Shown piece after piece: positions 50,001 through 62,501 of a DNA stretch of 64,000 bases (position 1 is the stretch's first letter; every line of letters begins with the position of its first letter). Made by a program: the position numbers and the translations under genes. The DNA is from Peribolospora baueri (lineage: Eukaryota), in NCBI GenBank assembly GCA_029717555.1, contig JAMDHS010000061.1:62001-126000 (forward strand). The letters run 5' to 3'. The notes beneath the pieces were generated by a model. The model made no database searches, had not been told where the DNA came from, and was given only the letters and a program-made list of their open reading frames with translations.

Positions 50001-50825
50001 GCGGCTTTCAGGGCCTCGTCTGCCTCTTCCGGCGGCCTTCTGTTGTATCTACGTATGTCCAAAATCGCATGTCATCCGAAGGGTCAGTGTCACGGAGCAT
50101 CTCTGAAGCAGCAGGGCATGCAAAAGGAAAAGAACGACAATTCACTTCCTGTCTCTCCCGGTGCTACTGTAGTTCGGCATTAGCCCCAGCTGCTCCCCAC
50201 CATCGCTGCTCTGTTGATCTGTTCGTCGTTTACCCGGCTGCTCCCATTCGCTGATCAAGCAAGAAAAAAAAAGTAGGAACACGTCTGTTGAGTCACAGAA
50301 TGTCCTCGAAACAAGCGGTCCGTCAATTCCGCACGCTGAGGCCTTCTCCATTCAAGCTTTCAGGCCGTTCCAAGGCACTCTCTCCTTCACAGCAGCATTC
50401 ATCGTCCAAGGCATCCCCATGGAGCCTATCCAAACAGTCGCCCCGTCACTATCTCCACTCGCTGAAACCGCCCGACCTGAAAGTCGTGGTAGCCGAGAGA
50501 AGGCTCTGACCAATAGGGGTCCTCCCTACTCCAAAATCATCACGTACAGTCGACCGACACACCCACACGACTGGCTGACTCGATCAACTGAGCGGACGAA
50601 GGTCACTCACCCATACCAGTCCCTCAGAGCAGGCATCCCTTCTGGAGGTTCCACTAAGGGCGATACGCGCAAAGCAAGAAGCACGGAGCGGGAGTAGGTG
50701 GCCTGAGCCCGCGTCGGTCGTCCTTCCCTTCGGTGTGCGCCAGTGGCGCCAGTGAGGACGTGGCCCTGTGCTGGAGGGGACGCATCGTCACCTGGGGTTC
50801 GGTGACCGGCTCTTTCTGCAGCCAT
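47013..50825 (-). CDS. Large intrinsically disordered protein with an N-terminal eIF4E-binding motif (4E-T/Eap1-like), RD/RE-rich middle and P/G/Q-rich C-terminus
   Basis: Exon 1 MAAERAG...YSRSVLLALRVSPLVEPPEGMPALRDWYG, small exons near 50250-50146, 50040-49985 and 49959-49784, then a long final exon (APAWMD x2, DSIQAFKAQMRE, SSRFAKFFE) ending at TAG 47013. Confidence 0.7.
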
Positions 50826-51581
50826 GGTCAGAGAAAAGCAGGTATGGAGCAAAGAGAAGGGCCGACGGAGGATGGCGGGGGCGAGGGGAGGCGAGGAAGG
50901 AAGGGAGGAGTGGAAGAGAGGCGGCGACGCAGAGAGGCGGCGACGGAGAGCGTAGAATTTGTGAGCGGATTGTCCCCCCCGTCCAGTCCACTCAAAGCCC
51001 AACAAGCATCAGAATGGGAAGGCGAGGGACGTAAAAAAGTGGGTCGAGTCGATGTGGATGGGTTGGGAGCGAAAGATGGAAGAAAGGAGGGCCGAAAGGT
51101 CGTCTAGCGACCCTGCTCACCAGCCATGGATGGATAGAGACGAGGGGCGATGGCGATGCAAGCTGTATGGTGTCGTTATAGTAGAGGGTTTGGGATGAGG
51201 AAGAGGGCCGAGGAAAGAGGTGAGGGAGGAAGACGGAAAGGATGGGGAGGAAAGGGCGAGGGATGACGGAGCGGACGAGGGAACGCTGAATGCGCACAAG
51301 ACCGTTCAAAGCCAGCATCGCAGCTGGCGAAGGACGGTGGACACGCTCGGCCTGCCGCAGTCAGTGTTTCCCACCCAGCTGCGACACCTTGGGATCATAT
51401 CATTTCTAAGACTTCTTGATTCCACCTGTCACCTCGGACATATCTCTGCTCTCTCTTGTATTACACGAAAACGCAAGGGAGCCATCCAGACGTCGATGAA
51501 AATGCGGGATAGAAAGGAAAGGAGAGGAAAGGGAGCGACCATCCGGGGGTAAATCGGTCGATCAACGGAGGGGCCTCCAAC

Positions 51582-54500
51582 TTAGCCGAAGGCGGTGAGC
51601 CTGTTCGGGTCCGCATCCATCGCCCATGGCATGTAGTCCTTCGACGTGAAGGCTTTGCTCGCTTTGCTCATCGTTACCGAAGCGCGAGAGACGGCGTCCG
51701 TGCGGTAGAAGTCGTCGATCGGCTTCTTGAACGCAGCGCCCTGCACCTTGGCACCCTTGCCAACCTTGGCAATCTGAGCGAGACCCAGCTCGGGCGCAGA
51801 CGTAGGCTCCACCACGTCGTACCGCACCAGCGACGGCGCCACCTCCCACATCCGGTCTCGGACCGAAATCAAGTCGTCGTACGGTAACGGGGTGCCCAAG
51901 ACCTCCGACAAGGCGCGAATGGTCTTCCAGCTGCAAGGGAAAGTGAAGGAGGCGAGTCGGGCGAGTGAGCGACCGCATACATAGATGAATCACCTGACAC
52001 TTGTCTCAACCAACGAGCACTCACTCTTCCCTGGCGGCGCCTGGCGGCGGCACGGCAGCGCGAGTGATCTGAGTCCTGCCCTCGGTGTTGACGAACGTCG
52101 TGCTCTTCTCCGTGTAAGCGCATCCGGGCAAGCACACATCCGCATACTGAGCACCGACATCACCGTGGTGGCCCTGGTACACCACAAAGGCATCCCGCGG
52201 GATGACCTCGGGCGAAAAGTCGTCCGCGTTAAGCAGGTAGACGAACTTGGGCGTCGTCTTGGACGCTTCTGGAGACGGTACGAAGCCGATGTCGTAGGCA
52301 CCGGTACGAGAGGCGTGCCGCTGCAGCACGTTGAATCCGTTCCACTCCGGCGTGAGGAACTTGTCCTTGTTTGCCTCGACGTACTTGGCCAACGTTGCGT
52401 ACACTGCCTGTCCGTCCTCATGCTCGCCAACGGCCGAGCCGACGATGATCATCGGCTTCTTGGCGTTCTTGAGCTTCTCGGCGAACTCGCCCTTGCCAGC
52501 GAGCAGATCCTGGACGGCCTTGGCGTCCGAGCCGATGTGGTCGTACCCGATGGTGAGGTCGACCGGCTCGCCAACAAGACCGACCTCGGAGCCCTTGCGG
52601 AGCCAAGCCTTGCGCAGACGGGTGTTCACGATGGCGGCCTCGTGGCGCGGGTTGGTGCCAACCAAGAGAACGACGTCTGCGTCTTCGCAGCCGGGGATAG
52701 TGGAGTTGAAAGAGTAGTTGGAGCGGAAGTCGACGCCGTGGGCGGGGGCGCTGCTGCCCTCACTCGTGTCGAGGGCAAGGTTGTCCGAACCCAGCCGGTT
52801 GATGAGATCCTTCAACGCCACCAACGACTCGGCGTCCGCAGCTTGGCCGGCGATCGCCTTGATCTCATCGCCCTTGGCGCCAGACTTCTCAAGACCCTCA
52901 GAGATGGTCAGAAGAGCCTGCTCCCACGAGGCGGGGACAAAGCGGCCCCCCTGACGAACGAGCGGAGTGGTGAGTCGCTGGTACTTGAGGCCATCGATCG
53001 CATATCGGGTCTTGTCGTTGATCCACTCCTCGTTCACGTCGTCGTTCACCCGAGGAAGGACGCGCATGACCTGCACGCCACGAGAGTCAACGCGGATGTT
53101 GGAGCCAACGGCATCAAGAACGTCGATGGATTCGGTCTTCTTCAACTCCCAAGGTCGGGCCTGGAAGGCGTGCGGTTTGGAGGTCAGAGCGCCGACAGGG
53201 CAGAGGTCGACGACGTTGCCGGACATCTCAGAGTCCATCGTCTTTTCCACATACATGCCGATCTGCAAGTTGTTGCCACGACCGGTAGTGCCAAGCTCCT
53301 GCACACCAGCGACCTCGTTGGCGAAACGCACGCAGCGAGTGCACTGAATGCAACGAGTCATGACCGTCTTGACAAGCGGGCCCAAATCCTTGTCCTCCAC
53401 CGCACGCTTGCCGGCGATCTCGTGGAAGCGCGATCGGTCAGAGCCGTAGCGCATCGATTGATCCTGAAGGTCGCATTCTCCACCCCAGTCGCAGATCGGG
53501 CCTGTACAAAATGCCAAAGAAGGACCATGAGATGGTCCGATAAAACCGTGGTAATATATTATTGCCCAAACTCACAGTCGAGAGGATGGTTTGCCAGCAA
53601 AAACTCCATGACACCCTGTGATAATGGAGCCGTCCAAGAGAGAACGATAAGAACCTATACGAAGCGTCCAAGGGAAAGAATTCACGTACCTCTCGCGCCT
53701 TGTGGACAAGCGGGGTATTGGTAAGGATGGTTTGTCCCGGCATAGCGGGCATTGCGCTGAGCAAAAAAGAGCGTGTGAAGTATGTGCGATGAGCATAAAA
53801 TCTCAATAGCGCCAGCCACTGCAGGAGCTCGCCAAAGGAAGACTTACCAGGAAGCAACAGGTTTCGGTGCGCCCTTCGATTCGACCAAGCACATGCTGCA
53901 CGGGGAGACAGTCGAGAAGCACATTGCTACGGGTCAGTAGGGGTGGGGAATTGATGAAAGTGGAATGAGGGTGCTCACCGGCAGTTGCCAGCAATGTCTG
54001 CGAGTAGCAATCAGCATGGGGAAGAGAAGGAATGCCAGATCGACCATTCAGCAGTCAGATATGACTATGGGAGCAGACCTGCGTCGCGACGACGATAGGC
54101 AGGCGACCCGACACTCACTCAGACGTTCGTGATAGCAAAATCGCGGGATACTCGCCCCTGCCTTTTCGCAAGCTTGGATAAGAGCGGTACCTATTTTAGA
54201 GTAGGGAAGCGCAAGATGAGATGGGGAAGGAAAGGGGATAAAAGCAAGGAAGGACGATTGAGCAACGTTGACGCGCAACAAAACCATGGCCCCCACTGAG
54301 CTTCTTCGCGATGCCTCGTCTGATCGATGCTCTTAGGGAGAAGCGCCATTATGCCTTCTCCATCGCCCTTGCACCTCTTCACCCGCACAGACTCCCGCTC
54401 GACAACAAGACAAGGTGCATCCGACTCACCTTGCTCGACCTCGACCTCCTTCCCGTCAACGGTGAGCTTGATCAACTTCGCCTGTCCCCGCATCGCCGAG

Positions 54501-54595
54501 GCGGAGAAAGAGCGCGCAGAGGAAGGGGAGGGCCGACGCAGGGCGGCAGAAACGGCGGAGGCCGCCGGCCTGGAAAAGCTGGAGGCGCGCATCAT
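51582..54595 (-). CDS. NDUFS1: NADH:ubiquinone oxidoreductase 75-kDa Fe-S subunit (NDUFS1/NuoG homolog), multi-exon
   Basis: Mitochondrial presequence, [86 protein letters not shown] and [10 protein letters not shown]. Confidence 0.97.
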
Positions 54596-55000
54596 CGTGA
54601 GTGGCGACGGCGAAAGGTTAGGATTAGGAGGCTGGAGAAGGAGGAGCCCGGCGTCGTTCGGTCACCGGCCTGGCACGCCCGCTCCGATGGTGTACGGGAC
54701 AATTAGGGTTATGGAAGACGGCACCGGTTCTTCCCACGCTCGACGGTCCAATCGCAGTTGTAGGAAATGAAAACATGTGGCGCTGACTAAGCTGAGCGGC
54801 GTTTCAAGTCGATAATAGCAAATTGCAGGAATAGCGGACAAATGAACAGGAATGGACGAAAGAGAACATGGAATGGTGGAAAGAGGACAGGAAGAGATAA
54901 CGTCTATGGTCTGCTCGGCTGCGTGGGGCAACCCCATTCCAGCAGCCCTTTGGGATCGGCTCTGCGTTCGTGTCGTCGGCAGACGGGATACGACGGCCGC

Positions 55001-57639
55001 TCAGCCCTCGTTGACGGGGGGCGTCTTGAAGGGAACGAGCTCGCTACTGCTGAGGTGGAATGCGTGCTTCTTCTCCCCAATCTTTTGCCATTCCTTCTCC
55101 CTCTTATTTCGCCTCACCTCGCGCAGGTGGCCGTCCTTGGCGCGTGCAGCCACGCCGCTCAGCAAGGCTGCCTTTCCGTCCGTGACCGGGTCAGCGGGGA
55201 GGAAGAAGCCCCAGCCGAAGAGGGTCCAGAAGAGGTAGGCTAGGCGAGAGAGGCGGAAGAAGTGGAAAGAGACGACCCAGATGCAAAGCCTGAGAAGGGG
55301 AACGGCGGCAGTCAGAAGAAAAAGAAAGCAGCTCGGTCAGCTTGGTCAAGGCTCGCATGCGGACGTCGAAGACTCGTGAGGCGAGGCCAGACGCTCACTC
55401 CTAAGGACAGCGGATCAGGCCATGGGTTAACGAACAGACAAATACTGGTCAGCACTACCACCATCTCATCTCGTAACTGCGAGCCACGCTCACAGAATAG
55501 GTAAAGAAGTTGAGCCCGCTTCCAGGCGTGCGACTCTTAACGAAGCGGACGACGTCGACCCAAAGGCGCATGTCTCTCGGCTTGGGTCTCGTGTCCGGGT
55601 CCATCAGGAAGAGGAGAAGGATACGCGTGTAGATGCCAATGTGCCAGTTACCCTGGGTAGCGGTGAGCGGGAGAGTCAAAACGTGGTTCTTTTTTCAAAC
55701 GTCATCGCAAATCACTCACCACCACGCCCTAGCCGGGGAGGAACGACGGAACGTCAAGTATGCAAAAGAGGATGGAGCGCGAAACGTCAGGTCAGGTCGC
55801 CAGAATGACTGTGGATTGCAGTGGTCATAAAAAACCGGGACTTACGATGGCATCCATGAAAGCACAGTTCGGCGTGACCACCGAGCTGTCCTGTACGCTG
55901 AAATTCTGCAGGTACATGTTCGGGCGACGGTACTCCTAACAGCGCCGAACAAAGAGACACATGAGCCAAAGGCAAAGGAGGAATGAGCAAAAATTTCTTT
56001 CATTTCCATTCCGTGGGGAGGGACGAGCCATCCACCCACCTCCGAGAAGATGTCACCGGGCATAAAGTCCAGGGTGGGCCTTTCGAAGCCTGTCGCGACA
56101 ATGATGACGTCCGCTTTGACGTGTCTTTCGATGCCCTTGTCGCCGGGCTCAGTCCCCCTCCTACGCTCAACGTAGCGAACGCCGTCTTCGACGACTTCTT
56201 GGATGTCGCCGCGCTTGTAGACGGCTTTTCCCCTGCGAACATGACTGAGAAACTCGTTGTTGACGATGCTAAGGGATGAAATGAGAGGTCAGGTGTGAGA
56301 GAAAAGACAGCGCGCAAAAGGCGCATAGCGTGCGTCGGGGTAGAAGGGAGGCTCACGGAGTTCCTTGGTAGAGGCCTTTGGTCGGCGAGAGGTCCTTGAG
56401 ATCGCGGTAGAACAGGTACTTGAGGAGTTGCTCTGGGACCCAGGACAAAGCGGTCTGCATGCCGGAGATGAGACGAGAGGATAGAGTGCAAAGTGAGAAA
56501 GTGCACGTGGTGCGGGACGTCATGTCCGTATCTGCCCGGCGAAAGGGACTCACCTCCCGTCCGAGCGGGTTGATCATCGCCAAGCCGCCATCCACGAAAA
56601 AGTTGCGCGGGATGATCCACTTGTCGCTCCTGGTGATGAGCTGGGCCTTCCTGCAGCGACGAGCGATGGCAAGCTCGACTGCCTCGACGCCGCTTGCTCC
56701 TCCTCCAACTACGAGGACGTCCTTGTCGGAGAGGTCAACATCGTCGAGCCTGGACGAGTGCACGACTTGCCCTTTGAACTTGTCCTGGCCCGGGAATTCG
56801 AGGCTCTTTGGCTTACCACTGAATGTCCATCCGAGACGTCCAAGATTTGCGAATGGGGGCGTGAGCGAAACTCAGAATGAGACCGATCCAATTCATTCAG
56901 GGACTGACCAAGTTCCGACGCAGATTATGACAGCGTCGAACACGCCGTACGTGTACGTGTCGTGGTTGATCACCCAGCGCGCGTGGCCGCCCGCGTTGGG
57001 GTCCGTGGAGGAGGCATGGCGGGTCACCGACTCGACGTGGGTCTGCGATCGTGCGGAGCAAGGAGGACGACGGTCAGCGGAGGGTACCTACATCCGCTCG
57101 TGGAGCCATTCTTGCGGCTAACTCGCCTCCAGCTCGGTTCTCTGCCTGAGGCCATACGACTCCCACACGTAACGAATGTTCTCGAGAATCTCCTCTCGCT
57201 TGGGGTAGTTGTGCTTGAAGGCGACGGAAGGGAAGAAGCGGAACATGGCCGATGAGATCTGGAGGCCCGAAGTCGAATTCACGTCCGCCCAGATGCCTCC
57301 GATCCTGATGGTAGAAAAGGGGAGGGGGATGTGGGAAAGAGGCGAGTCGTATGCGCATGAAATCAAAAGTGGTTCCTTGCCTTGCCTCGCCTTGCCTCGT
57401 CTGATCCGATCTACTGTCGGCCCCACTCACTCCTTCTTCTCGTCGAAGAGGACGACTTCGAAGCCGTGGCCTACGCAATGAGCGGCGCTCGCGACGCCAG
57501 TGAGGCCAGCGCCGATGACGGCGACGCGGCCAAGGGGCTTGGCAATCTGACCATCTTTGGGCGGCCGGCGGGGGTTGAAGAGGAAAGAAAGTAGGGATTG
57601 GTAGAGGAGATAGAGGAGGACGAACGGGTTGAGGATCAT
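55001..57639 (-). CDS. FAD/NAD(P)-binding flavoprotein monooxygenase-like protein with N- and C-terminal hydrophobic segments, many short exons
   Basis: VAVIGAGLTG Rossmann motif, IGGIWADVNSTSGLQISSAMFRF, VHSSRLD, VVGGGASGVEA, RSDKWIIPRN, IIVATGFERP, YLQNF, HIGIYTRILLLFL and FFTYSELCIW. Stop TGA at 55001-55003. Confidence 0.85.
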
Positions 57640-58642
57640 TGCGGACGACAACTAAGCCTGAATCCAGATGCGTTGGCTCTTGGCGGCCTACAAAGCGATA
57701 CGGGAGGAAGGGACGAAGGGGGTGCAGCGATGCTAGGTAGGAGAGAGCGCTGATCGAGTCGACGAAGCCTTCGGCCGGCCATCTTGCGCTGTGTGTCTCT
57801 CCTCTCCTGGATTATATGCATGTGCGTCAGGCAATGATGTCTCTTGGCCACGATCGACAGCGTCAGGAGCGAGAGACTGACGTCGCCGCTGCATCTGGTC
57901 TTCGGCAACGATCGGCCGCAGCCGACCACGTCCCGCACGTGACCGACGCGTTGCTGCTTCCCCTTCCTTGCTCTCCTCACAGCAGGCCTTCCGAGGCCAG
58001 CCACTCCAGGGCGGCGCGGGCGACGAGGTCGAGGCGTCGATTGACCGTCGTTGTCTGTTGTCTTTGCGGGGACGGATGGTGGCGCAGTATATATGAAGCT
58101 GATGGAGACGGCCCTCTCCGCTCTGCTCTTGCCTGGGGTACTGCCGGGCGGAGATGCCGTGCCGAGTGCGTGGGCGGCCCGTGCGCAGGCGGCGGACAGT
58201 CGACCGAATGCAGATACAACAAGACTTGTTCGATTCGTAGCGTCTTACTCCGTGGAGACGCTAGGCTTGAAAGCCAGCAAGGAAGGCCCCTTGCCGGCGG
58301 CCATGGCTGATGCGAGGAAGGGAGGAAGGGTCGGCCGCGGGCTTCGCTTCGTCAGGCCATTCCTCTTCTTCTCCTCCATCTCTTCCATCTCCTCTTTGTC
58401 GTCCCTCTCTTTCTTCTTCTCGTCCGTCTTGCTTTCTCCTCCTCTTTCTTCTTTGCTTCTCTTTCCTACTAATTGCTAATTTCTTTTCCCGTCTCCCTTC
58501 TCCTTCCCTCAGTCATTCCTTAGATGACGGTGACCGCGACGTCGACTGCTACTGCTGCTACTACGACGGCGACCATATGACCACTCAAACACACAACACG
58601 GACACTCACATAGGCAACAAAGCTGTTTTTTCTTTGGCCGCG

Positions 58643-61600
58643 ATGGCGGTTGGCTCCTTTCGTTGGCGCAGCCACGCCTCTCTCCTTTCTCCTTCTCGCT
58701 GCTCGTTGGTCTGTCTCCTCCTGCTTCTTCTCTCCTCCGCCGTCGTCGTATCCGCCTCGGCTGCTCCAGCCGTCGAGCGCCGCGTACCTTCCACCTTCAG
58801 CTTGCGCGAACGGCAGATCCAGCGCCCCGTCTCGGCAGCCCCATCATCTCGCCCTTCGAGCGTTCCAGCGATGTCAGCCTCGTCACCGCCTCCGCCTCCG
58901 TCCTCGCATACAACTATCACAGTCATCACGACTACCCTAGCCTCTGGAGCCACACAGCCTCCAGCCGTCTCCGGCCTGAGCGGCACGAGGTCCGGCAACG
59001 TTCTCGTCACCAGCGTCTACACCGTCGTGCCCATCTCCTCCAGCCCGCCATCGAGCTCGGTTAGGTCTCTTGGCTCCTCGACAGACAGCTTTTCAGTTAC
59101 GTCTACGACCTTGCCTACGCCTACATCTCACAAGGGTGCCGGCATACATCTTCCCAACCCCTCGCTGCCGCTTGACATCCCGTTCAATGGTGTATGGGGA
59201 GTGCTCGGCGTCGTGTTGATGATCACCGGCTTTCCTCTGTGTTTTCTCGGAGCCAGAAACAGATGGAGCTCGTTGTTCTTTGTCGGGTAAGCGTGACGGC
59301 CAGCTTCCGGTTCCCCTCTGCGGTCGTCCGAGGAGACAATGCCGCCTAACATCTCACTTACCGGCGCCTCCTTCGCACCCTTCCCTTCCTGTTCAGATTC
59401 TATACTCTCTCGATCGTTACCATCTGCCTCATCTTCAAGTGGGGTGTACTGCCGATGATTGCGCTCGCCAAACCGCCGCCAATGCATCTCCAAGTCGTTT
59501 TCCTCGTCGTCTCCATCATCGCCGGCTTCATCGGCGGCGCCGTTTGTGTGCTCACCCCCTCCTGGTCTCGCCATCTCGTCCCCGCTTACGGCGGCTTTCT
59601 CTTCGCCCTCTGGATCCAAAGCCTGCATCAGGACGGCCTCATCCACCGGATCGGCATCCGCATTGGCGTATATATGAGCAGCATAGGATCTGGCCTCGTC
59701 GCCTCTTTGTTCGTCTCCAGCGTCAGCCGCGACGGACACGAGTACAGTGGTCTCAAGGTGGCCTTCATGATGCTCGGCACAGCGTGGACGGGCGCCTTTG
59801 CGTTCATTCTCGGTGTCGACTGCTTTACCAGACAGGGCCTCAAGGAGTACGAAACGTTCAACCTCGGCTTCGGAGATTTGTTCTCCGCCCAGCTCGGTCG
59901 CGGCAAGTTTCCCGTTACGCAGAGGATGCAGGCCGAGCTGGCGGTCACCTGTGCGACGGCGATACTCGGGTGAGTAGTCTATCGAAGCGGAGGGGGTATA
60001 GTCGCTTGACATGGCCACTGGCCAATAGCTTCTGGTCCTGAGTGAAGATCAACCGTCCGTACACCGTTCCTCCCTCCGCCCGCCTTCAGTGTCCTCTCCC
60101 AGTCTTTGCTCCTTCACATGGTCAACAAGCGCAGACGCCTTCGCGGTCGATCGCCCGAAGCTCGCTCCGTCCGCGAATCCTTGCGCAAAGGTCGCGAGCG
60201 TTCGACCATGCTCAACGTTCAGCGAGAGAAAGACCGCCAGCTCTGGGAGGCCCGGCACGGGCGTGGAAAGGCACGTGAATCGGGAGAGGAGGAGCACGAT
60301 CCTGAGTGGACGACGGCCAGAGGGGACGCTGAGACGATGGTCGGAGAGGGTCGGAAGGCGGTGTTGAACGATAAGGAGACGACACCCAAGCTCACCGCGG
60401 TGAAGTCCACGGATGAGCAGACCCACCGTCGTACCGGACCCTTCAAAGGACCGAGGACTTCCAACCTCTCGCTCAGCATGTGCTCACACGGAGTGGCAGG
60501 CGAAAACGCTAGGAAGCTCACGCCCGTATCAGAGCTTCATCTGCCGGCTGCCAGCTCTCTGACTTTGGGCAAGGGTGAGGCCGCGCCCGAGAACTTGGCC
60601 AAGGGAGATGGGAATGAGAACGGTCCCCGAAGCGCCACAGGGGGCGGCAACTTGACGAGGAGCGAGGAAACGGCAGAGAAGGAGGTCGCGGAGGAGCTCA
60701 AGGTGAACAACGTGGGCGAGCGGAACACACAGGGCCATGATCACCGCAACGCTCCTTCGAAATCGCGCCCGGCCGAAGAGGCCACCGGCCGTCGCTTCAG
60801 CAGAATCAACCTTCCCTCAACGCATCGTCCGGCCGGCGGACCCTCGCTGGCCATGGAGCCCATTGCGCCGCTGTCGTTCGACTCCTTCGGCGGGAAGGAG
60901 ACGATCAGCTCTTTTCGGTTGGTCGCGGAAGCAGGCGTCGGTGCGCTGAACGCGGCGAAAAAGTCAAGTTGCGCGGAGGAGGCAGGAGAGGATGGTGAGT
61001 TCAAAACGGGCGTTTGAAAGGCGCGTTTTAAGGGTTCGGTTCTACACGACGTCTTACCTTTTTGGCCGTCTTTTGTCCCGGTGTCTTATCATAGTTCCCT
61101 CGACACGCAAGGAAAGCGGAAGTCATCAGGCGAAGTCGGAACACCTCACCTTTGCCGGCGATTCCCCTTTGAAATACCATAGGAAGCAGGGCTCTTCCGT
61201 CTTTGACATCGTCGCTTCGGGCGGTGGCAGGGCGCTGCTGGAAAAGAAGCGCGAGTCCGTCGCATCCTTTCTTCAGCCCAAGTCTCCCAAGGCGAGCAAG
61301 AAGGGTTCGACAGACTCGGAGGGATCGGTGGTGGCGCTGAAGAAGCGGGAGGCGCTGCATTCAAGGCGCAAGTCGAGCACATCTCTGCTTCCCAGAGACG
61401 CCGCGGCTACGTCAGCAAGGCTCGCCGCCGCTGTGCAGGGTCAGGCCATCGAGGACGGCAGCGGCAGGAATGACGAGGGGGTTAAGCTCGTGGAGTCGCC
61501 CACCAAGAAGGGCGTAGCTATGTCCAAGGTGGAACTCGCCCGTCGCCACTCGCGCCAGCTCTCTTCGCTCCAATCGTCGGCAACAAAGGCAGTGGAAAAA

Positions 61601-61897
61601 GAGGAGGCGAAGCGCGAGGAGGCGAAGATGCTAACGACGGAGATGACCAGGTGGAGGGCGAGGGTAAGGCGCGAGGCTGAAGAGATGCGCTTCTTCGAGT
61701 CGAAGAGAGAAGAACTGGTGGAGAAGGCTAAGAAGAAGAAGAGGGACGATCTGATGGCCCAGACGGACGCCCAGCGCGCCTCCGCTACACCCCAGGTGGC
61801 CCATGCGGATCCGAAGGGCAAGGCTAAAGAGGCCAGACCGGAGGGAACGGGGGGAATGAATCTCTTTCGCCCCTTTCGCAAGCTCGCTTCCGGCTGA
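58643..61897 (+). CDS. Multi-pass membrane protein: signal peptide, Ser/Thr-rich ectodomain, DUF4203 (TM7S3/TMEM198-like) domain and long disordered cytoplasmic tail
   Basis: Hydrophobic N-terminus, LPLDIPFNGVWGVLGVVLMITGFPLCFLGARNRWSSLF, GGFLFALWIQSL and TAWTGAFAFILGVDCFTRQGLKE. An alternative start is possible at ATG 58577. Confidence 0.75.
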
Positions 61898-62501
61898 TCC
61901 GACGTCTGCCTCCCCGGCTCTTGTAGCGACCGGAAGGAAGGCTGTCGGGCGTCGGGACGGAGCGAAAGAAGGTGATCGCGTGGTCGCCGTGGATAGACGA
62001 TTTGCGAAGTTGTCCGACTCGAGAGGGAAGCGTGTAGGATAGACAAAGTTTGCATAGGGCACCTAGCGACGTCCGACTACGTGAACGTACTGCACTATGT
62101 GAACGTACTGCTTGCTGAGCGTTGGGTATCTGGAGGTGTCGAGGAGGAAACAAAAGAGCCAAGGCCTCGCGCGCTCGTCAGGATCCGAAGGCGGAGGGAT
62201 GAATTCAGGGAGCGTGAGGTCGCCGGATGATGTCGGTTTATTTGTTTGCATGTATGTGTGCATGAACGGTTGTAATTTACGCGGCAGGCGTGGCCCGAGC
62301 GCGACGCGTCGAGTGGTCGAGTGCCGGCTGGGCGGAAGGGGTCCGAGGCAGGGGCACAGGGAGAAGCGAGCAAGCGGCCGAGGCGGGGCGAGGGCGAAAG
62401 AGGGGACATATAAAGACCAGGCGGCTCGCCGCCTTCCCTCCTCCCTCCATCTCTCTCCCATCGAAGACCGGACGAAAGAACGAGAGAGAGAGACCTTCAT
62501 C

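Noticed and set aside
51985..53724. 579-aa ORF on the + strand
   Set aside because: Antisense shadow of the NDUFS1 main exon caused by GC-biased codon usage; no recognisable motifs.
54703..54711. TTAGGGTTA as a telomerase RNA template or telomere remnant
   Set aside because: A single 9-mer about 110 nt upstream of the NDUFS1 ATG with no other supporting structure; at most a promoter motif.
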